Shown here piece by piece: positions 63,226 to 64,000 of a stretch of DNA of 64,000 nt. The position numbers and the translations under genes were made by a program. The notes beneath the pieces are model-generated. The model was not told the DNA's origin and made no database searches. It worked only from the letters and a program-made list of their open reading frames with translations. The stretch comes from Mobula hypostoma (taxonomy: Eukaryota). The stretch is from the NCBI RefSeq assembly GCF_963921235.1, contig NC_086097.1:135782001-135846000 (forward strand), read 5' to 3'. Numbering within the stretch: the first letter of the stretch is position 1; every line of letters begins with the position of its first letter.

Positions 63226-63495
63226 TTCCGAGAATAGGCCCTTCCCGCCCCTCGAGCTGCACTGCCCAACAATCCCATGATTTAATCCTAGCCTAATCAT
63301 GGGACAGTTTACAGTGACCAATTAACCTATCAACTGGTACGTCTTTGGGCTGTGAGAAGAAACTGGAGCACCCGGAGGAAACCCATGCGGCCATGGTGAG
63401 AACGTATAAACTTCTTACAGGTAGTGGTGGGAATTGAACCCAGGTCTCTGGTACTGTAAAGCATTGTGCTAACCACTAGCCACTGTAAAGCATGC
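63226..63495 (-). mobile_element. tRNA-derived SINE (HE1/V-SINE-like)
   Basis: Minus strand: gtggttagcacaatgc...gggttcaattccc (A/B box-like), then ctccgggtgctccagtttc. Confidence 0.75.
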
Positions 63496-63534
63496 TGCTT
63501 CATATATGAACATAAAAGTACAGAAAAGAACATA

Positions 63535-64000
63535 CATGTGATGGTCGTGGATGGTTGTTTTTCAGCTTGGAGGTTTGTGTCCAGTGGTGTGCCGTAGGGT
63601 TCAGTGCTGGGTCCACTATCATCTGTATCGACAATATGCTTGGGGATGACAGCAAAATTGGTGGTACTGTGGACAGTGAAGAAGGTTACATAAGATAACA
63701 GCAGGATCTAGATGAAATGGGGAAATCGATCAAGAAATGGCAGATGGGATGTCACTTGGATAAGTGCGTGGTACTGCATTTTGCTCAGTTAACCTAGGGC
63801 AGGATTTGCACAGTAAATGGCAGAGCCCTGGAGAGTACTGAGGAATGGAGAGACCTAGAGGTGCAGGTGAATAGTTCTGTAAAAAATAGTAACACAGGTG
63901 AACAGGGTAGTTAGTGGGAAAAGATTTGACATGCTTGGTTAGGGCATTGAGTACAAGAGTTGGGACGTCATGTTACAACTGTATGTGTCAGTGAGACCAC
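63535..64000 (+). mobile_element. Degenerate CR1 RT fragment running off the window
   Basis: SGVP*GSVLGP, DDSKIGG and RDL remnants. Confidence 0.8.

Noticed and set aside
63395..63490. tRNA gene
   Set aside because: The A/B-box-like motifs belong to a SINE head, and no cloverleaf can be drawn.

Overview
This is eukaryotic, TE-dominated non-coding DNA. The repeat mix suggests a cartilaginous fish, probably a ray or skate (inference from HE1/V-SINE-like SINEs, CR1 and Rex1/Babar LINEs, and Penelope-type fold-back repeats). I found no confidently recognisable host protein-coding gene. Every long ORF is either transposon-derived or an artefact of a tandem repeat. Contents: several CR1 LINEs (one with an ORF1 esterase and an APE-RT ORF2 broken by a single frameshift), several Rex1/Babar LINEs, RTE and Tx1-like fragments, two disabled hAT transposases, an hAT MITE with a perfect 8-bp TSD, Tigger/pogo derivatives, tRNA-derived SINEs, microsatellites and two minisatellites. 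The most notable observations are: degenerate hammerhead-ribozyme cores in fold-back repeats; a ~37-unit minisatellite with one canonical G-quadruplex motif per unit, expanded inside a non-autonomous retroelement; a ~140-bp block that resembles mammalian Tigger3/MER7; and reconstructable nested insertions. All family names come from recognised motifs, not database searches. Boundaries of old elements are approximate.
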